Shown here one piece after another: positions 12,633-24,858 of a stretch of DNA of 64,000 nt. How positions within the stretch are numbered: the first letter of the stretch is position 1; every line of letters starts with the position of its first letter. The translations under genes were made by a program, and so were the position numbers. This DNA is from Octopus bimaculoides (taxonomy: Eukaryota), in assembly GCF_001194135.2 (NCBI RefSeq), contig NC_068985.1:25745772-25809771 (forward strand), read 5' to 3'. A model generated the notes under the pieces. That model saw only the letters and a program-made list of their open reading frames with translations, was not told the origin of the DNA and made no database searches.

Positions 12633-12672
12633 ACTGTTACTCAGAGTTTCACTTTCCCGTTCATTGGGCAGT
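12633..12672 (-). ncRNA. Degenerate minimal hammerhead-like motif (different family)
   Basis: ACTGC-CCAATGA-ACG-GGAA-AGT-GAAA-CTC-T-GAG-TA-ACAGT; palindromic stem III ACTC/GAGT. Confidence 0.4.
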
Positions 12673-13149
12673 CGTGATCCAGATTGGAATAAGAATTGAG
12701 GATGAAGTATAATTTATATTTTGATATGATTCCAATTGACAGACAGTTTTTGAACTTGATCATTAATCAACGAAATTAGTTACTACTCAGCGCGTAACCA
12801 ACAATCTTTACAGACTTGATAATATCACAATACATAGTTGAGGTGGGCGAGATGGCAGAATCGTTAGCGCGATGTAATCGACTTAATCCCTTTGTCTGTC
12901 CTTGTTTGTCCCCTCTATGTTTAGCCCCTTGTGGGCAATAAAGAAATAAGAATCGTTAGCACGCCAGGCAAAATACTTAGTGGCATTTCGTCCATCTTTG
13001 CGTTCTGAATTCAAATACCGCTGGAAACGACATTGCTTTTCGTCCTTTCGCGATCGATAAAACAAGTACTAAATGAGTAATGGGGTCGAAACTACTGGTC
13101 TTGTGTCAACATTTGAAACCAATATCACAATAAATTGTATTAAGATAAT

Positions 13150-13862
13150 TGTTTTTAATATAGACACAAGTCCTGAAATTTGAGGGAGATGGCAAGTCGA
13201 TTACCTCAATGCAACTACTCCACTGATATTTTACTTTATCGACCCGAAAGGATGAAAAGCAAAGCTGACCTCGACGGGATTTGAGCTCAGAACGTTAAAA
13301 AAAAACGGATTAAATGCCGCTAGGCATTTCCCTACGCGCTAGCAATTCTTCAAGTTCACCGCCAAATTGTATTAAAATGATAGTCATAATCTTTTCTACT
13401 ATAGGCACAAGGCCTGGAATTTGAGGGAGGAGATTAGTCGAATACATCGACACTAGTACTCAGTTGGTATTTATTCCATTGACCCCGAAAGGAAGAAAAG
13501 CAAAATCGACTCCGGCGTTTTTTTAACTCAGAACGTAAAGACAGACGAAATACCGCTAAGCATTTTGCCCGGCGTGCTAACGATTCTGCCAGCTCGTCGT
13601 CTTAAACATAAAAGTAATAATGATTTCAAATTTTTCCACAGGAGTAGCAATTTTGGGGGAGAGTATGAGTCGATTACATCGACCCCAGTCTTCAACTGGT
13701 ACTTATTTTATCAATCCTGAAAGGATGAAAGGCAAAGTCAACCTCGGCAGAATTTAAACTCAGAATGTAGCGACAGACGAAATATCGCTAAGCGATATGG
13801 TAGAATCGTTAGCTCGCTGGACGAAATCGTCCAGTGAGCAACGATTCTACCAGCTCGTCGCC
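13150..13862 (-). mobile_element. Three tandem copies of tRNA-derived SINE family C (Nin/Deu-like central domain)
   Basis: Head GGCGACGAGCTGGCAGAATCGTTAGC, B box GAGTTCAAATTCC; central GTCGACTTTGCCTTTCATCCTTTCGGGGTCGATAAA..AAGTACCAG resembles the Nin/Deu SINE domain (recalled consensus). Confidence 0.85.
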
Positions 13863-13879
13863 TTAAAGATAAAAGCAAC

Positions 13880-14257
13880 AAAAGCACTCAAAGAGCGCAA
13901 ACCTCCGCCAAGGCAACACCAACGTCCTCTCAACGATTAGTCGAGGATGGTTTTTTAAATGAGAATATCTGAATAAACTGAACTTCTCTCACAAATGAGA
14001 ATACTAGAAGTGAACCCGACCGCTCTCAAAAATTAAGTAAAACAAAACCGGAAAAATAATCCAGAATCCTTGTGCGGTATCCGATGGATTCCCAAAATTT
14101 AATCAATTCGTGCCGGTCACGAGGCCAAACATTTCTGAAAGTTTCATTCGAATCCATCTAGCAGTTCTTGAGATATCTTGTCCACGGATAAACTAACAAA
14201 CAAACAAACAAACGCGACTGAAAACAATACCCCCGCCTTCGCTAAAGTGGAGGTAAT
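13880..14257 (-). mobile_element. Helentron-associated (HINE/DINE-like) element
   Basis: Minus strand: 5' hairpin ACCTCCAC..GCGGGGGT, a (GTTT)n tract, subterminal repeat CCTTGGCGGAGGT, and a 3' hairpin GCGCTC-TTT-GAGTGC ending in TTTT. Confidence 0.65.
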
Positions 14258-14745
14258 AATGCTTTCAAATTTTGGCTCCAGAACAGTCATTTTAGGGTGT
14301 GGGGTTTAGTTGCATTCTTACATATTTTATGATGTGGGTTTGCATGCTTTCGAAATAACTAAGGATTGATGTTGAACAAAGATTCGTATTATATATTTGA
14401 GAGGATTAGACAAAAAATACTTTCGTTGATTAGTTATCACTACTTGTGTTCATGCAACTGCTTGCAAGAAGCAAATCGATTCTTTAAATGTTTCCCCAGC
14501 GTTGTGTACCAAGCCAGTTTGCTAACATTGTATTAAGCAGCTGCGTTTTCAAAAATATTCACAAAAATAATTACGCTTTGATGTTTTTAAAGTTTATGAA
14601 TGTAGATAGCTTGTGCTAAAGAAAACGTTAAACATCTGAAAAATTGCTTACATTTTTTGATGATGTAAAAAACAGAAATTATTATAATGGAACTAACATA
14701 TATATTTTTTTATTCTTTTAAACGTTTCAATCATTTACACACACA

Positions 14746-14777
<32 letters not shown>

Positions 14778-15214
14778 NNNNNNNNNNNNNNNNNNNNNNN
14801 NNNNNNNNNNNNNNNNNNNNNNNNNNNNNNNNNNNNNNNNNNNNNNNNNNNNNNNNNNNNNNNNNNNNNNNNNNNNNNNNNNNNNNNNNNNNNNNNNNNN
14901 NNNNNNNNNNNNNNNNNNNNNNNNNNNNNNNNNNNNNNNNNNNNNNNNNNNNNNNNNNNNNNNCTCTTCCGATCTTATATATATATATACTATGTGCGTG
15001 CGTACGCGCATGATTATACGTCTGTATCAATTCACCAGCACTTCATTTTGTCTCATTTTTCCTATCTTTCTCTGTTACCACCCCAACTAACACTTCTAAA
15101 TATTTCTCTTCCATCTCTCTGGCCCTCCCTATCTTCCCGGCCATTCGCTGTCGTTTCTATTATCATAAGAACAACAATCAGCAACAATTCTCGACCACAA
15201 CAACAACAACAATA

Positions 15215-15738
15215 ATAATGATGATAATAAAATAATGGTTTCAAGTTTTGCCACAAGAGCAGCAATCTTGGGGTTGGGAACTAGTCGATTACATCGACCT
15301 CAGTGTTCAACTAGTACTTATTTTATTGACCCTGAAAGGATGAAAAGGTAAAGTCGACCACGGCTGAATTTGAACTCAGAACGTTGGGACGGACGAATCG
15401 CTGCCTTTAATATATCATGTGCTTGAAACAACCTTAGATTTAAAATCACATTGTATTTCACGCTTCTAATATGTATACAAACTTGGAAAGACGCTAGCGG
15501 TAATATTCTGTCTTGCAGAAATACCGCTAAGCAATCTGTATCGTCAGCGCGTTTGAGAAAATGCTTCTCAGTATTTCTGCAAGCTCTTTCCGTCCTCAGT
15601 TCACATTTTGCAGAGATTGACTTTTCCTTTCATTCTCTTCGGGTTTTTTTTAAATAAATACTATTTGAGTAGTAAAGTCGATGCAATCAACTATCCTGCT
15701 CTCCTGAAAACTGCTGGCATTTGCCTAAATTTGAAACC

Positions 15739-15782
<44 letters not shown>

Positions 15783-16270
15783 CCCGAAAGGATGAAAGGC
15801 AAAGCCGACCTCGGCACAGGGCCTGAAATTTGGGGATAGGGGATAGTTTATTACATTGGCCTCAGTACTCAACTGGATCCCATTTTATCGACCTCGAAAG
15901 GATGAAAAGTAAAGTCAACCTCAGCGGAATTTGAACGCAGAACATGAAGACGGACGAAATGCCGCTAAGCATTTTGCCTGACGAGCCAGCGACTCTGCCA
16001 GCTATGTTGGCATACATTACTCTCTCACACTATAGTAATAATGATAATAATAATAATCCTTTCTACCATAGGCACAAGGCCTGAAATTTGGGGGAGGGAA
16101 CTAGTCGATTACATCGACCCCAGTGTTTCACAAGTACTTAATTTATCGACCCCAAAAGGAGGAAAGGCAAAGTTGACACCGGTGGAATTTGAACTCAGAA
16201 TGTAGCGGCAGACGAAATACCGCTAAACATTTCACCCGGCGTGCTAACGATTTTGCCAGCTTGCTGCCTC
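15215..16270. mobile_element. Cluster of SINE family C copies interleaved with (AAT)n/(AAC)n
   Basis: Copies at about 15230-15400(-), 15500-15735(+), 15782-16010(-) and 16055-16270(-). Other family C copies at about 5095-5228, 5660-5825, 7280-7420, 17540-17660, 18580-18860, 19520-19700, 20950-21090, 35900-36210, 41770-41960 and 51770-51850. Confidence 0.8.
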
Positions 16271-16279
16271 AATAATAAT

Positions 16280-16310
<31 letters not shown>

Positions 16311-16399
16311 TCTCCACTATAGCGATGAAATGGTACTTATCTAGTAAAGAGAACTGGATCCTGCTGCTAATGTTCGAACATAAAAGCAGCAAAAAGTCG

Positions 16400-17110
16400 C
16401 ATTCTACTGTCAAGGGATCTTGTAAATTCGCAAGGGTACTTGTCGTTAACTTTGAGTTAGATGAAGAACCTGAAACCACTACTACCAAGCACACAAAACA
16501 AATCAAACAAACTGCTAAAAAGAACGGGAACAAACAAATTGAGTAGCGATGGAGCAAGAAGTCCCTGCATGGACAATACATTCTTAGAAATCAAAATGCT
16601 GATGTAGACCAAGCAGCAACCCATCAGTGACTGAAGAGTTTAGGATTGAAAGCAGAGACTGAAGGCTAAATACTGGTGGCACAAGGCTAAAGCATGTTTA
16701 CCAGAAATTACCAGGTTAATGTTCTTAAAAATGGTGCTGATCCAAAAGTGCAGATTCTGCAATACATCTAATGAATCAATAGACCATCTTTTTTCGGGCT
16801 GTCGAATGTTGACACGAAACGAATATAAAATTTCCACAGTAGGATAGTACAATATTCACATCGAAAAATACGTAAACACTCCCGAATCGACACTCCTGTT
16901 AACTGTTATGAACACAATCCTGAGCAAGTGGTTGAAGGTAAAAATGTCACCATCCTGTGCGATTTCCCAGTCAACACTAACAGAACAATCCCGGTTAATC
17001 GACCAGACATAATTATTAAAGACCAGGAAGAACATAATTGTAGACTGACAGATGTAAGTATTCCAATTGATGAAAACGTATCAGTAAATGAATTTGTAAA
17101 TATTTCGTAA
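16400..17110 (+). mobile_element. R4/Dong-type RLE non-LTR retrotransposon 3' coding fragment
   Basis: W..KSLHGQY, LKAETEG, CRFCNTSNESIDHLFSGC (zinc finger), VVEGKNVTILCDFPVNTNRTIPVNRPDIIIKD..DVSIP.D (PD..D endonuclease). Confidence 0.85.
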
Positions 17111-17659
17111 AGGACCCGTTCGTACCTCGGTGCGAAATAATTTTTTTCCAGTTTGTTCGAGTGTATTCAACGTATCTCACCTCCAAAACCGCCGCTAGCC
17201 ACTTTTTCTGGTTGAAGGTGTTAAACATGTACATGTTTTGTCTTGGTGTAAAAGATGGGCTATAGCAAATATTCTGCTTAATATCACAGATTTGTCAGTT
17301 GCTTGACCTCAACTAGTTGAGCATGTCCCTTGGTGGCTGACGATAAATGCTTATCTGGTCACGACCAAGAGTAGTTGGGAAGCACCATAGCCATGTGTTG
17401 AGAGGGGTTTCTTGGGGTTTGAATAATTCACCTCTGGGAACATGGGTATTTCGCTCAACCTTAAACAACCCTTATTCAGGGACCTTTTGAACAAGATGGA
17501 CTACTTGACCTGAAGAAAATTTTAACTGGCTCATTGTTCATCGAAAGGATGAAAGGCAAAGTCGACCTCGGTGGAATTTGAACTCAGGACGTAGCGACGG
17601 GGGCGAAATACTGCTATGCATTTTGCCCGGAGTGCTAACGATTCGGCCAGCTCGTTGCC

Positions 17660-17799
<140 letters not shown>

Positions 17800-18070
17800 T
17801 TTAATACATAATGTTTTCTTTATTATTAACGACTAATGGTTGAAGAAAACATTGAGAACGGTACAGAAAAATACAGTATAAGATTTTTTTTAAAAAGCAT
17901 GTAAAAAGGTAAAATAAAAGAAATAAAAAAGATTCAAACAAAAAATAATTCCCCCCAAAAAGGAAACCTCCGAGGGATTCTCATGGAAACCCCACGAAAA
18001 CAACGATCACTCCGACCAGGTGGGCATGTGAATTCTCACAGTTGTTCTAAAAGCGCATGGCCTTCTCCTG

Positions 18071-18406
18071 AAGGTGCATGCCTCAGTGGTTAGAGCGTCG
18101 AGCTTACGATCGCGAGGTTGTGAGTTCGAATCCCGGAACGGGCTGCGTGTTGTGTTCTTGAGCAAGACACTTTATTTCATGTTGCTCCAGTTCACTCAGC
18201 TGTAGAAATGAGTTGCAACGTCACAGGTGCCAAGCTGTATCGGCCCCTTTGCCTTTCCCTTGGCGTGGAGAGGAAGGAGACCGGTATGCATGGGCGACTG
18301 CTGGTCTTCCATAAACAACCTTGCCCGGACTTGTGCCTCGGAGGGTAACTTTCTAGGTGCAATCCCATGGTCAGTCATGGTCAGTCATGACCGAAGGGGG
18401 TCTCAG
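18071..18406 (+). mobile_element. tRNA-derived SINE family D (CORE-like central domain)
   Basis: A box CAGTGGTTAGAG, B box GAGTTCGAATCCC; TTCTTGAGCAAGACACTTT..CTCAGCTGTAGAAATGAG resembles the MIR/CORE domain. Confidence 0.8.
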
Positions 18407-18419
18407 CATCTCCTAAAAT

Positions 18420-18535
18420 CTAAAGTGTATGCTCAGAGCGGGTCCGTTTACTCGGACCATATTCACCACTCTCATCCACTTATCAACAAATCTGCTGGTG
18501 GGAAGCACAGCCCTCCCTACTTTAAATTAACGATA
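18420..18535 (-). mobile_element. Tx1-like LINE ORF2 C-terminal remnant
   Basis: RAVLPTSRFVDKWMRVVNMVRVNGPAL parallels RCLPYSVFEKIWITVVRKLRVNGA at 49490-49570. Confidence 0.55.
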
Positions 18536-20725
18536 CTACCTGCTAACATTTTGATGATATTTTAACATTTCATAATTTCTATCATAAACACAATACTGCA
18601 ATTTTGGGGACAGCAATAGTCGATTATATCAATACCCTCTCTTGAATTGTAGTTTGTTTGTTATTTTTACCTCAACTGATTTTTTCCTATAGGCACTAGG
18701 TAAAATGCTTGAACGATAACTACAATCGATAAAATCGACTCCAGTATTTAATTACGTAGTATGGTGAAAGTTGACCTCAGCGAGATTTGAGCCCTGAACA
18801 TAAAGGGACGCGAACCCCTGCTTTGGTTAATAACAAGTATTTTACTTTTCACGGCTGTTCAACACTGGTTGAACAGATCTATGAACGAAGACGTTATAGT
18901 TGTAACTATTTTGTCTTTTTTTTTTATCAAGACTACATGATCCAATGTGTCCATCCTCTTTTGAGATGACAAGGTGTAATTTGAAGAAGTTTTAGTTGCT
19001 ATTTCTAGAAGGTCAAGCAATCAGGACGGCTATATAATTAAGAAGTCCACTTCACAACTACATGATTTCAAGCTCGATCCGACTGCGCAACTCCTATGAA
19101 AGACTTGTGACTGATAGTCGGAAAATATGGAAACTTGTCAGAGATATCATTCTTGTTTATGAGTGGTAGACTTAACCTTGCGCCTAGTTTAACACCACCA
19201 TAGTCAACAGGTGTCTTTAGCAGAATCTGTTATGTGGCAAATATTTCAGCTAGATAGCTGCTTCGTGGATAACATCCCCGAGGATAATACAAGGCTTGAA
19301 GTCTTTGAAAAAAATAACGGCACTTCTTTACTTTCTCTAATTAATAAAAAATGTAGAAGCTCCTTCATCGGTACATACCTTGTAGTTCCAAGAGAAGGCA
19401 ATACTCTGAGACAGTAAATGAGTTCATAGAATTAATGCGTTTAAAAAGATGGGCGTAGCTCCGTCACGTAAAAGTGCTACTTGAAATTGTTCTGTATAGA
19501 ATCAAGATACCTTTCTCATTTATTATGAAAAGAATGGTGGATAAAAAACTTCACAGCATTTCTTCCAGATTTTTACGCTCTCAATTCAAATCCCACCGGA
19601 GTCGATAAAATAAAATACCAGGTAAACACTTAGGCCGATGTAATTGACTTGTACCCATCCCATTAAGATTGTTGGCCTTCTGACAAAATTTGAAACTATT
19701 TTATTAGGAAAAAATCCTCTTTTGGTGGTGATGGGGATGGTGGTAGTGATGGAATTGGTTAACTCTTTTAACTCTTTTACTTGTTTCAGTCATTTGACTG
19801 CGGCCATGCTGGAGCACCACCTTTAGTCGAGCAAATCGACCCCAGGACTTATTCTTTAGAAGCCTAGTACTTATTCTATCGGTCACTTTTTGCCGAACCG
19901 CTAGGTTACGGGGACATAAACACACCAGCATCGGTTGTCAAACGATGTTGGGGGGACAAACACAGACACACAAACATACACACATACATATATATATACA
20001 TATATACGACGGGCTNNNNNNNNNNNNNNNNNNNNNNNNNNNNNNNNNNNNNNNNNNNNNNNNNNNNNNNNNNNNNNNNNNNNNNNNNNNNNNNNNNNNN
20101 NNNNNNNNNNNNNNNNNNNNNNNNNNNNNNNNNNNNNNNNNNNNNNNNNNNNNNNNNNNNNNNNNNNNNNNNNNNNNNNNNNNNNNNNNNNNNNNNNNNN
20201 NNNNNNNNNNNNNNNNNNNNNNNNNNNNNNNNNNNNNNNNNNNNNNNNNNNNNNNNNNNNNNNNNNNNNNNNNNNNNNNNNNNNNNNNNNNNNNNNNNNN
20301 NNNNNNNNNNNNNNNNNNNNNNNNNNNNNNNNNNNNNNNNNNNNNNNNNNNNNNNNNNNNNNNNNNNNNNNNNNNNNNNNNNNNNNNNNNNNNNNNNNNN
20401 NNNNNNNNNNNNNNNNNNNNNNNNNNNNNNNNNNNNNNNNNNNNNNNNNNNNNNNNNNNNNNNNNNNNNNNNNNNNNNNNNNNNNNNNNNNNNNNNNNNN
20501 NNNNNNNNNNNNNNNNNNNNNNNNNNNNNNNNNNNNNNNNNNNNNNNNNNNNNNNNNNNNNNNNNNNNNNNNNNNNNNNNNNNNNNNNNNNNNNNNNNNN
20601 NNNNNNNNNNNNNNNNNNNNNNNNNNNNNNNNNNNNNNNNNNNNNNNNNNNNNNNNNNNNNNNNNNNNNNNNNNNNNNNNNNNNNNNNNNNNNNNNNNNN
20701 NNNNNNNNNNNNNNNNNNNNNNNNN

Positions 20726-20761
<36 letters not shown>

Positions 20762-22774
20762 GTCGATGGGACCTCTGTGGGTTTCGACGTTGGGCATTCG
20801 GTTGTCTGTTCAATTAATTCACTAAAGTATGTGTAAGTGGTTAAGCAATCCGCTGACATTTTAACCATTAATGTAATTTTGAATGAGCGAAATGCAATAT
20901 AACACGGCTTAAACTTTTAATTAAAAACAGTACTGAAAGAGAGAGAAAGAGCTGAACTGGTACTTTATGTATCGACTCCGAAAGAAGAAAAAAAAGCAAA
21001 GTTCACTGTGGTTGGATTTGAGCTCAGAGCACTGACAACCGAAACGAATACTACGAGGCATCCTATCTGATGCTCTAAAGATTCTATTAATTCACTGCCT
21101 TACTTCAAACATGCACAGATACACAAGCAGAAACACACTTGAACACGCGCGCGCGCGGAGAGAGGCATGCATGAATATATGCATACATGCACGTATGTAT
21201 AAACTTTTATACACACACATATATATACACACACACAGAACTATTATATACGAATTCATAATTTTAAACACATACATACATGCATGTGAGTATTATATAC
21301 GTTAAAAGTCACTTGCCCAAATACCATGCAGTTGGATCGAACCGAGGAGCCCATGATTGCGAACAACATACACACATACGTGCATACTTATAAGCACGTG
21401 TGTATGTGTGTATGTATGAACATGATTATTTGTCATTAAATATTAACATCAGAAATCAGTGAAATCAATGAAAGATGATATTAAAACACGTACCTCCCAA
21501 ATTGATTTCCTTTCTTTGATGTAGAGCTAATGTTGTCCAGTAGAATTGTAACCTCTCAAAAGACAGTTGTACTTCGGTCAGCCACAAAGCTAAGGACTAA
21601 AGCAGACAGCGAATCTACAGCTTATTTTTCTTACAAATTCAAGTCGCGGTGCTTACTATTTTTGAACTTATTTGATTCATTTAATCAGAAAACGACTTGC
21701 TCAACCGGTTAAACCAGAGCTGCTCACATAACGGAAATCATTATTGCAGGTTCATAGCTATTAAACAACTCAGCTGAACTTTGACGAAACTGAGCTGAAC
21801 AGTGGGCGGCTGACAGTATAGTTTTCACATTAAGTCTTAATCCGTGAAACACGCCTATTTGTCGTTTTAACAGAACCGTTATTTAGAATGTGGGGAGAAG
21901 ATTTGTAAATATTGAGTAACATTGCAGTTTTGGCTGTTGTCATTGTTTTTTTAACTTCAGGTCAACTCTGATTAAGGCTTCTAGCTTTCTCTGACCAACA
22001 CAATTTTCTTTTTATTCAGGCATTGTGTAACCTGGACTATATTATCCAACAGATCATTTTTTAAAGACAATATTTTTTTATGAGAGATGAGTGACTGCTA
22101 TTTCTAGCATTTCGTACGACCATATTGTAGCCTGCTCAAAAATAAATTGTTTATAAATTTCATCAGTAGCTACTCTGTATTTGAATACACAACACTTGTA
22201 AAACTAATTAATATAGTAAACATTTACATAGACTAATAGAGCACAATGTGACTTTTTATATCGTCTGTGTCGTCGTCAGGAAAATCTTATTTCAGTGCAT
22301 TGAACTACCAGAAAAAGAGACCGAATCGCCTGGAAATATTACCATGTGATAGTGAAGCCATGTCATATTCTTTATTCTTTAAAGCAGTCATAGGCAGCCT
22401 GCTTCTCGAAAAAGGTTGCTCACGTCACTTATAAATTTTGGAACTAGATTCCGTCTTTATTTCTCAGTTGTAACCAAAGGAGTCAATTTTTTCTTCTGTA
22501 TTTTATTCAGTTCAACACATTTCGTTGCGAATGCTGTATTTTTTCCTTTGCAGATTACTCCTCACTCTGTAACATATTTCGTACAAATCTGCGGGTCTAT
22601 TTCTAACACTAATAATAAACTTCCCTCCCACAGAATGTGGGACTTTTTTGCAAAATATTGTTAGTTACCAATACCATAGAACTTGAACCAAGACAGAAGT
22701 CTCTATGGGATCGCTCGACTTGCAATAAATAGTAACCAAATCTCTATGCTCATATACGCTTTAATGATAAACTT

Positions 22775-23345
22775 CTAAAAAGTTTGACAGATTTTTACAG
22801 TTCCAGTGATGGATTGGATCTGTAGTCTTCGAATTAGCTTTCTCCTTTCTGGTTTTGAGAAGCCTAATTTCTCAAGATTGGTATTTAGGCAGTGTGTTAC
22901 ATATCCCAGTACCCCAATAATTACAGGTATAAACCCGGACTTGTAATCTGAGTAGAGTAACTGCAGATTTCTCATTAGTTCAGCGTAGGTATTCTCTTTT
23001 TCACTGATCTTCAGCTTTATGCTAACATCCGCTGGGCAGCTGATTTCCACAACTGTGCACAGTTTCTCTTCCCAAATCATTATATCAGGTCTATTATGTT
23101 TACATTTTATTGAGGTTTCGACTGGGGCATTCCACTAATACCTCTTTTTATTATGAATGACTATGGCTTCTACCATACATTGGGTTCTTATTTCTTTGTC
23201 TTCGGGGTTATACTTTCGACGGATTTCGTTATACAGTGTCCTAGCTACAACATCATGTCTCATCGGTAGATAGTACCGTGATGATATTTTCGGACAGCTG
23301 CTTATGATGTGGGTTAACTCCACAAAATCTGCATCGGTTGTCACA
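22775..23345 (-). mobile_element. R4/Dong-type RLE non-LTR retrotransposon 3' coding fragment
   Basis: THIISSCPKIS.RYYLPMRHDVVA; WNAPVETSIKCKHNRPDIMIW; VEISCPAD; PVIIGVLG; LQIQSITGTVKIC. Confidence 0.85.
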
Positions 23346-23534
23346 TTTTAACACTTTCATGTATGTATGCATGTATGTATATATGTATGTTATTATTCAG
23401 TCTATTTCAAGATTTCTTGCCAATAGAGAAAGAACCGATTTCTAACCTAGATCCAAGGCTCCTTCATTGGAATTTCAACATCACCAACAGGGTATTTTTG
23501 TTCGTATGCATGTATGTATGTATGTATGTATGTA

Positions 23535-24650
23535 CTAGCTTAAAATCCACTCTATCGGGTGGCTTTTAAGCTAGTATATAGCTTTTAAGCAACTGACCCT
23601 GAATGGGAAGATCTGCAAACAGATCTCTGACTTGTTTTGGAAAATGTGTTGCAATAGCTCCCTCCAGAGTCTTATCCCAATGATGATCATATTCGTCGTA
23701 AAAAAATCATGTAAAAAAAAATCGCCGTAAGCAATCTCAATAATGAAAATATAAGAATCCAAAGTTTCAGGATTGCAGGTCCGGATTCGGCCCGGAATGT
23801 TTTCAATTTACTCATGGAGTCAACCTGATTCCAAAATGGCATAATATGTTGGGCTACGGCCTCTAGGAGTAAAGCTGAAAAAGTGTTACTCACTGACACA
23901 CTGACATTCACATTTATTACATTATATTATATTATATTATATTATTATCTTACGTTAAGTCGGCGAGCTGGCAGAATCGTTAGCGCGCCGGGCGAAATGC
24001 TTACCGGTATTTCGTCTGCCGTTAGGGTTTTGAGTTCGAAATCCGCCGAGGTCGACTTTGCCTTTCATCCTTTCGGGGTTGATAAAATTAGTACCAGTTA
24101 CGTACTGGGTCGATGTAATCAACTTAATCCCTTTTCCCAAATTTGAGGCCTTGTGCTTCCACTAGAAGGGATTTATTAAAGTTGAAAAAGTGTGACACAC
24201 TGACATTTATTATATTGCTTAATTTTGGGGAAAATTTATTTCAATTAAAGTGGATTTCATATATATGTGTGTATGTATATATATTAAAGAAAGCAAAAAT
24301 AAGTGTTCAGTATGTTGGTGGCAGGAATTTCTGTCATGGTTAAACAAAGTTGTACATCATCTCCCTCTTTCACACTCACTCTTTTTCTCTCTTCTATTAT
24401 CACTACCACTGCCACCATCAACACTTTTAATAAAACATCATCAATCTCCCTAAATTTCTTTGTCTCTCTTTTCCTCCTCTCTCTCTCTCTCTCTCACTCT
24501 CTGTCTTTACCACTGCCTTCACCGTCTCTGTGCCTACTATTACTCTCACCCCATCATGAGGAATAGTAGGAGTGTCGTTGAATAGTGAGAGAGGGGGTCT
24601 AACTGTGACACTGACAGACAGAAATTAGTTTTCGCATTTTTTATATTAGA
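23535..24650 (-). mobile_element. Non-autonomous Helitron (contains a nested SINE C at 23955-24175)
   Basis: On the minus strand, 5' A|TCTAATATAAAAA and a 3' hairpin followed by CTAG|T. No TSD. Both flanks are the same (TATG)n tract. Confidence 0.7.
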
Positions 24651-24858
24651 TGTATGTATGTATGTATGTATGTATGTGTAAAAAGTTTTTGCCTTCTTTC
24701 ATTTTGATTACTGCAGTATAATTTGTTCTAACAGTACATCCATGTTTAAGTGGGGATAAATACATAGAACATAAATGTAGTAATATATGATGCAGTACAA
24801 GGCGCGAGCTGGCAGAAATGTTAGCACGCCGGGCGAAATGCTTAGCGATATTTCGTCT

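Noticed and set aside
13150-16270. Regularly recurring similar sequences that might suggest a CRISPR-like or programmed array
   Set aside because: The units are diverged SINE copies of variable length and orientation; no constant repeat-spacer period and no cas genes; eukaryotic context.
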